Below, in pieces: positions 57,284-64,000 of a stretch of DNA of 64,000 nt. Position numbers and translations under genes: made by a program. Numbering within the stretch: position 1 is the stretch's first letter; every line of letters begins with the position of its first letter. The notes below the pieces were generated by a model, which saw only the letters and a program-made list of their open reading frames with translations, had not been told where the DNA came from and ran no database searches. Source of the DNA: Selaginella moellendorffii (lineage: Eukaryota; Plantae; Lycopodiophyta); assembly GCF_000143415.4 (NCBI RefSeq), contig NW_003314282.1, forward strand, positions 1,569,374 to 1,633,373, given 5' to 3'.

Positions 57284-60200
57284 ATGGCCTTCAGGGTTGG
57301 GGAAAAGGTTTACATTTTGAATGGTGGGAAGAGAGTTGCAAAAGGGACCCTTGTGTCTATGGATCGGAACTTTGTTATACACTGTGAAAGGCTTGGGGAA
57401 GGCAATGCTGCTGTATCAGTAGAGATTGTCTTCGATGGGAATGTGGTCGCTATTGAACGAGGAGAGATGGTCGTCGGGGTAAATGTTGTTGTTGCCTTGA
57501 AAAATCTTCAGAAGAAAGCAGATGTTGGGGACAGCGCAAGTGCGACGCATGTTCCCTCCGTGGATCTTAAGAACCGTGCTACATGGATTCAGGCAAAAGT
57601 GTTTCTAAACAACCCCGAGGGGGAGGTGGTAGCTGAGGGCTTAGCCACAGTTGTCGATCCAAGAGATGCGGTTGCTAATCAAGAATTGGGCTGGGATGAT
57701 ATTGGAGTTGCGATTTTAGAGGTTGTTGACACAGAAGAAAACAGTCTGACTATTGGAAGCATTGTGCGGTGGAAATTGAGGCACTTAGTGTTTGAGAATG
57801 TGAAGGATTCACAATCAAACACCACTACAACTGATGACAGAACATCTCTTCATGGGAAAAGAAAGTACACCTTCCTAAAGCGCAGCCAAAGGGATATGAG
57901 CAACGAACCGAAAAGGCAGAAAATGGCGATGGAGGTTCGAATGGTCTCGACAGTTGCTTGTTGCAAGAGGAGGTGCTGTCAACATGCTGATTGGGATGCT
58001 ATTGAAGAGGAGAGAGCAAGATACAAGACATTGTCTTGGAAGGCAGCTCGCAATTTTGTGTATGAGGCATTACGGTCATCTGTTGATGCTTCAGAACATC
58101 AGGTGGGGGGCATGGTCTTCCAGAGGGGTTTGGTCTGCATGAAGGCATGGAGAATCATTTATGGAGTCCCTCGAACCACATTCTACAGAATCAAAACTGA
58201 GTTCGAGGAACAAAGGGTTCAACAGGCAGTCCATGGGAACGACGGTACGCACAAAACCAGGGGTCATGTTGTATATGGAGAGGCAATCTTCAAGAGGTTT
58301 GTCGAGACATGTAGCGAGCAGCAACCACATAAAACCCGCCTCTTGGAAGATGGAACACGAGACACCCAACGAGTTCTCCCTTCCATGTATACCAAGGGGG
58401 CCATATTGGAAGATGTGAATCGGGAACTCTAGAGTAATGGCTACAGGAAGCTGAGCCAATCTAGATTTAGTAGATTGTGGAGCAACAGGTTCAGGGATGT
58501 GAGTATAGGAAAGTACTCCAGCTTTTCAAAGTGTGACGAGTGCACTGCTATCAAAATGGCTTTGTCGAAGAATTCTTGCAGCGCTCAAGAGCGAGAGACG
58601 TTGGTTAGAAGGCGGCTCGACCACAATATCGAGCAGAGAAGCTGCAGGACTGCATATTATCATAACAGGATTCTCTCCATGGAGAGACCTGACTCTTACC
58701 TCTGCATCATCCACGACAAAATGGACCAGAAAAAGACGTGCTTACCTCGACTCAATCCTGCCCCCAAGGCAATCTCTTCATCCATGCAGCTGCCTGTGTC
58801 TCTGTTTGGCATAATCGCTCATGGGCATGGTGCCCAGAACTATGGGAACTTCTTTGTACCTCTATGGGGTGGCGGGGGTGCAAACATGATGATTGCGTCC
58901 CTAGCAAAACACTTAAGGTCTCTGCAAAGTGCGCAGACTGAGCTGAACGGCCAACCCTTGCATAAGGCCCTTGTCGATCGAACCCCATACAGGGTTCAGC
59001 TGGAGGAGGAGCAAAGGCTTGCAGTATCGCGTGGGGCCCCATGCCATCCCAGTGAATATGTTGGCCGTCAGATTGTAGGGTTATCACGTGAGGCCTCATG
59101 CCATTCCGACGAGGCTGGTCGCCCGGTGAATGCACAGCCTCATCCAAACGAAGCAGAATCTCAAGGAAGTTCTTGCGGCCGATGTGGCCTTCCACCCCAT
59201 CTTCTGCTCCAAACAGACAATACTGGCAGTGAGAACAAAAACATGTACGTCTTCGCGTACTTGGCGATGCTTGTTGCCAAAGGCATATTTGAAACGGTTA
59301 CACTTGGCTTTCTCATGGTTGGGCACACTCATGAAGACGTCGATGCCATGTTCAGTCACCTGGCAGAGTCCCTCCGGCGATCCAATGTCCTCACCCTCCC
59401 ACAACTCTACGATGAATTCCAAAATTGCATCAAAGGCACTGTTGAAGCTGCACTTCTGACAGAGGTTCCAGACTTTAAGGGGTTTGTAAGAGGCTACATC
59501 AGGGATGGATCCGAAACGCTGATTGGCCACTCCAAGCCTCTTCAGTTTCATTTCAGCATGTGTGACGGTGCTCCAGTGATGAGGTACAAGATGAGAGAAT
59601 GGGACACAGTGTGGCTGCCAGTGGACGGCATTGAACTCTTCAAGAGAGATCCCATAACTGGGGAACCTATGATTCCTCAGGGTTCCCCACGGCCGATGCA
59701 CCCGGATGGACTCAAAGACCAGGAAAGTATAGTGGCCGGGATTAGACAGCATATTGCCTTCTGGAAGAGGGGGTTGGTGTTTGGTGGAGAATCCTATTTT
59801 CAGAGGTGCAAGCCTTTGCTCGAATACTGGGAGAAGATTATATCTGCTATCCAAAATGGGCCGGTTGTATATGAAGAATTGGAAGAGTCCTTTTGGCCAG
59901 AACCCAGAGCACCAGATAGTAGCGGAACAATGTCCTCTGGAAATGCAGTGACAGATAACGATGTTGAGGATCACTATTGTGGGCCGAGGAACAAGAAGCC
60001 GGATTCAGCATTCAATCCAGTACAGGTCTGCAAAGGAATGGTCGTGCTTGTCAGACCCAGTAATAAAAAACAAATGATATGGTGTAAGCTCCTGAGTTTG
60101 GACTTCCCGGGAGGTCACCCAGCCCAGTACTATTCAAACCCAAGGACGCTTAACCCCAACTATCCCAAGACCCTTAACCGATTGGAAAAGGGGGTGCACT

Positions 60201-60950
60201 CTTGTTCATGGGCCCTTTCCCTCTATATTTGAACCCCATGGATCGTCTCTCGAGTCGTTCTCTTTGGTTGCTTACAATCCACCACGCTTCCCTGCAAGTT
60301 CACGCCCTCGTGAACGGAAGCTGAGAGCCGCAGCTCTCCCGAGAGCCTCGCTCTCTTGACACCCTACCCCTCGGGTCGAGCCCAGCGGGAGCAAACTGGA
60401 CCAGCCAGATGTCAATCAACATGTGGTGTGATTCCCCTAGCCAACCAACAGAGTCGGACCCAAGACCGCTCTGATACCAAATGTAAGCTCCTGAGTTTGG
60501 ACTTCCCGGGAGGTCACCCAGCCCAGTACTATTCAAACCCAAGGACGCTTAACCCCAACTATCCCAAGACCCTTAACCGATTGGAAAAGGGGGTGCACTC
60601 TTGTTCATGGGCCCTTTCCCTCTATATTTGAACCCCATGGATCGTCTCTCGAGTCGTTCTCTTTGGTTGCTTACATATGGGTGGGGCGCTGCATCACTGA
60701 TGCAGAGGAGGACGCGGAAACTAACTCCTTCAATGTAACTGTGGAGTGGTTCAAGCCAAGTTCCGGATATACGAAGGATTGCCTAGAAAAGAGATGGGTG
60801 CTGAATCCAAGGGATCCCAGCATGAGCATATCGGTGGATAATGTTGTGCATGGTTGGATGCGGAAGCAGAGTGCCACCATCACCTTGCCAGACCATGCAA
60901 GAGATGCAGCAAGAGCATTCATAACTCGGGTTCAAGGTGAGATTCATTAA
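57284..60950 (+). pseudogene. Sola-like DD(D/E) transposase (~1,020 aa reconstructed), inactivated by one stop and a Cassandra insertion
   Basis: ORFs 57284-58432 and 58475-60082 share a frame across a single TAG at 58430, and the frame resumes at 60681 to 60950. Motifs: CCKRRCC, VCMKAWRIIYGV, FSKCDEC, IHDKMDQ, LQTDNTGSENKN, FLMVGHTHEDVDAMFS. Confidence 0.85.
60083..60675 (-). mobile_element. Complete Cassandra TRIM (5S-containing LTRs) inserted in the transposase gene
   Basis: Identical 194-bp LTRs at 60083-60276 and 60482-60675, PBS TGGTATCAGAGC (60479-60468), purine-rich tract next to 60277, a 205-bp non-coding interior and TSD TATGG. The 5S-like segments lie at 60100-60154 and 60499-60553. 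Confidence 0.95.
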
Positions 60951-61238
60951 TATTCCTTTACAAAGTTTCTAATGTATTTTATTTCAAGGTGAACAATCCG
61001 AATCTGAATCAGAGGAGGCTTGATATAGTGTGTGAGGTAAAACAAAGATGATGTGACATATGCATTTACCAATCACACGTGCATAAATCTAATAATATGG
61101 CGTGTGGCCCATATTAATGGCACATAAACCCATATTGTGGGCTTACGTGCTTTATGTACCATCATTCCCTTGCAGCGTGTGTGTTGGTTTCCTTTTATAA
61201 CACAACGAACTCCATATTTTAGGGTGAAGAGCGTTCTC

Positions 61239-61496
61239 ATGGCAAGCACAAAATCTGTAAGTGAGGCAGAAAAGGAGACGGAGAAGGAGATAGGTGAAGA
61301 TGTAGAATATATAAGTCTTCCAAACTCCCCGTACTATACTCCAGGTGATCATTTTTCTGAACAAACGGCAACATTAACAACTATCGAGAACGCCCCAGTA
61401 ACGTCAGAGACAACAATCCAAAGCAAAACAACTGACCCGGAGAAGGATGATAGTACCGCTGAGAGTACCAAAAAGGAGGTGTCCACTAGCGCTTAG
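61239..61496 (+). CDS. Possible small acidic, S/T-rich ORF or exon near the right TIR
   Basis: Open frame MASTKSVSEAEKETEKEIGEDVEY...EVSTSA with an AG acceptor just upstream; no recognisable domain. Confidence 0.3.
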   Translation: MASTKSVSEAEKETEKEIGEDVEYISLPNSPYYTPGDHFSEQTATLTTIENAPVTSETTIQSKTTDPEKDDSTAESTKKEVSTSA

Positions 61497-62160
61497 GCTT
61501 ATAATGGCGTGTGCCCTCATGCCATTTACTTGATCACCAAATACCTTTTTCCCTTTGCACTAGTATATCTTAATACCGGTCTGAGAAATAGAATGGCATG
61601 TGCCCTCAGGCCTTTTACTAAATCACCTTTGAAAGAAATGCAAGCCTCTATGTCGTAAAAAAAAGGTACTAGAGAAATTCCTTAATAATATGAATGTTAT
61701 TTAGTTTCATGAAAATACACTAAGGGTCAAATGAGTTAAATGACTTCTCCAGACTAGCAATGCCTCTTGCTACACCTTCACAATTAGATTCGTTAGAAAA
61801 AGATAACATTGAATAATATCTAAATGTTCTCACCATTAAGTTATATGTCTGGCTAATAGGAATGATGTTCATCTTGGAAAGCTCACCACACGCTCAATGA
61901 ACAAACAAATAGTGTGTGCGCGCATGCCATCGCTCTTCTTTAGCTTCAGATTCGGCTTGTTCACCTTGACAATGAGATTTATTATACAACTAGATGGACT
62001 CAGTCTGGACATAAGGTCACCGTGCTAGTCACCATGCCCCAGATATGTCTAGCCCCTGGACAAAAAACATATAATTTCACGTCATTTTCAAATACTTGAA
62101 AATTTGTACCTAGTCCCATTTTACTGAATAAATCCCACTTTAACGAAATAGAGCTTTGAA

Positions 62161-62280
62161 AGCCCAAAGCATGCGTCTCCCAAGGAGGGGGGGGGGGGGT
62201 TGCAGGGGGTTCCAAAAGTATAGTAGGGATAGTGAGGTCTAGGAACCAGTCTTAAAGGAACTCTCTAGTGGTGCTTCCAA
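62161..62280 (+). mobile_element. Continuation of the interrupted family-A 3' LTR (truncated)
   Basis: agcccaaagcatgcgtctcccaagg...ctctagtggtgcttccaa matches 41797-41928. Confidence 0.85.
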
Positions 62281-63979
62281 GTATGGTTTATTATCTACTA
62301 AGTATGGTTTTGCACATGGGACCTTCTCCGAGCCTGGTAACCGCAACGTTGGAAGTAGTCCTCCATATCATAAAACCAATCCTCCACCACCTTATAGTCA
62401 TTCACTCCCTTGAAGACCAGTGGGGGCTTTGGTTTGTACTTGGGAACTGCTTGAGGGACTGATTCCACTTCGGTCTATTTGACATTTTTTAGTTCTGCCT
62501 CAATCTCTACCGAAGGGTCCGCACCTTCTGCACTGCTAGCATCTGCAGTCTCTTTTTTTTCTTCCGCTTCTCTTCACACTTTAGCTTGTATATGAAAGTC
62601 TCCAACAAAGCATTGGTCTATGCCAATTGTCCTTCTAGAATGTCCAATTGAGCCTTGGACGACCGAACCTCACCACCGGACTTCTATTTGAAAGTTTCCT
62701 CACTGGAGTCCTCTTCATGCAAGGATTCCTCATCCATAGCCTCTTGTTCAACCAGAGGCTCCAACTCTAAAGGAGGTTCTTTCTCTGCCTTGGTTCGTTT
62801 ATGCCCTACTTTTGCCATCTCCTAGCAATCTGTCTCTATCCTTCGCTAGAACTGAGGAAAAGGCTTTAATACCAAATTGTAAGCCACAAATTTTTCCTTT
62901 CCAATTTGCCAGCTTACCTCATTTATCCGTCCAACACTGCCTTGGCCTTTGTTAAGTTCGCTTACCAAGGTTCCTACCTATTGTACCAACTCCTACTTGG
63001 TTCTACTTGGTTTCAACTACTCACTGCACGAGCAATAAAATGTTAACCATCCATCCACGGATTCCCAAGTCTCTCTCAATCCCCCTCCCCAGGTTAGACT
63101 AGACTTAATGTTTGGCTACACTCCCCGCAAGCACAAGTAGCCAAGCACACCAAGCCTCCAGGTTCTTAACATCCGTTGATATAACAAAGCTTGACCATGG
63201 GACCCTCTAAATCCCAAGCCTTAGGTGCAACACTTGCTCCGGGATGCCAAGGGGAAACACTATGGCCTAACGGCCCGGTATGGGTACTTTTATCCCCCCA
63301 CTTGCATCTCAAAGGAAAGGCCTAAGCCTTTAGGAAGGGCAAGGACTAATGAGCCGCAAGGTACTCAAGTGGGGCACCTCCACATAAGCTAGGAGCACCG
63401 CAATTGATTTCCCTTATGGGAGTGGGAGTTGCTCTTGAGCACTTCCTTGGGTGGCCCCTCCAGCACCACCCGAGTCCATACTCACTCCCACCCAAGGCCC
63501 CTTGGCCCTAATCTCAACCTCAAGTCAGTTTGGAAACACCATTAGAGAGTTCCTTCAAGACTGGTTCTTGGACCTCACTATCCCTACTGCTATACTTTTG
63601 GAACCCTCTTCAACCCCCCCCCCCTTAGGGAGATACATGCTTTGGGCTTTCACCCCTCGACTTGTATTAGTACTTAGACTCAGTCTCGGACTCGGTCTTG
63701 GACTCGACCTCGGACTCGGTCTCAGACTCGATCTCAGACTTGACCTCGGACTCGGTCTTAGACCCGATCTCGGATCTTGGACTCTGTCTCGAACTCGGTC
63801 TCGAACTCAATCTCGAAGTCGGCCTCGGACTCAATCCCGGACTCTATCTCAAACTCAGTTTCAGAGTCGGTCTTGGACTCGATCTCAGACTCGGTCCCAT
63901 CCGATGAACTCTTTATCATTTCGGTCGTGCTTTCAGGGATCCTTTAGCCTATGACACCTCGGGGAGTTGGTTCCTTACA
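62281..63979 (-). mobile_element. Family-A Gypsy 5' portion (LTR 63979-62878, PBS, gag start), inverted; abuts a family-B LTR at the window edge
   Basis: Reverse complement of 41418-43175. Positions 63981-64000 (catactggtggcctaacgc) match the family-B LTR at ~32976. Confidence 0.88.
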
Positions 63980-64000
63980 AACATACTGGTGGCCTAACGC

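Larger units (their letters stand above)
48442..61930. repeat. Dispersed 22-bp palindrome family ATGGCRTG-N6-CAYGCCAT (at least 25 copies), confined to the DNA transposon
   Basis: Copies start at 48442, 49519, 49594, 50820, 51011, 51152, 52624, 53901, 53998, 54075, 54854, 54989, 55148, 55227, 56091, 56163, 56199, 56814, 56912, 57074, 57110, 57180, 59026, 59083, 61097, 61504, 61593 and 61909; some are imperfect. Confidence 0.92.
48067..62156. mobile_element. 14.1-kb TIR DNA transposon, Sola-like, carrying a large cargo gene
   Basis: Perfect 24-bp TIRs AAGCTCTATTTCGTTAAAGTGGGA (48067-48090 / 62133-62156) and a 4-bp TSD TGAA (48063-48066 / 62157-62160). Removing the element restores GGGGTGAAAGCCCAAAGC, as in the intact LTR at ~41789-41806. 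Confidence 0.93.

Noticed and set aside
60083-60232. C-terminus CKLLSLDFPGG...SLYI of the 585-aa ORF as part of the transposase
   Set aside because: It is read-through into the Cassandra LTR; the true frame resumes at 60681.
60100-60553. 5S rRNA genes (also ~3707-3761)
   Set aside because: Only the ~55-bp internal control region is present, embedded in TG..CA LTRs with TSDs. This is Cassandra, not rDNA.
48442-61930. Palindromic 22-bp repeats as a CRISPR array
   Set aside because: Spacing is irregular (tens of bp to kilobases), copies lie inside introns and exons, there are no cas genes, and the context is eukaryotic.
48067-62156. Classification as CACTA, hAT, Mutator, piggyBac or Polinton
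   Set aside because: The ends are AAGCT.., the TSD is 4-bp TGAA (not 3, 8, 9-11, TTAA or 6 bp), there is no PolB or integrase, and the catalytic motifs fit Sola-like enzymes better.

Overview
Plant nuclear DNA with very short introns (about 47-61 nt), a PLS-type PPR gene and GC-rich exons. This pattern suggests a lycophyte such as Selaginella, but that is an inference. Positions 1-23 kb form a host gene island. It contains a PPR gene, a secreted unknown-domain/B-lectin gene with two decayed paralogs, a dCTP pyrophosphatase, CCZ1, two head-to-head DDX3/Ded1 helicases and a KP4 killer-toxin-like secreted protein. Positions 24-64 kb are a nested transposon stack of chromodomain Ty3/Gypsy copies (family A), non-coding LARD-like LTR elements (family B) and 5S-carrying Cassandra TRIMs. 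The stand-out is a 14.1-kb DNA transposon (48067-62156; 24-bp TIRs, 4-bp TSD TGAA) with a Sola-like transposase. Divergently from the transposase it carries one multi-exon gene of about 1,620 codons, which appears to fuse a ParB/Srx-like domain, a degenerate DNA-methyltransferase-like domain and an FCP1/NIF-type HAD phosphatase. At least 25 copies of the 22-bp palindrome ATGGCRTG-N6-CAYGCCAT are scattered across the element, including inside introns, and none were seen outside it. This is a candidate ParB/parS-like or VANC-like self-recognition or anti-silencing system. Domain calls are by-eye motif matches and need profile or structure searches.
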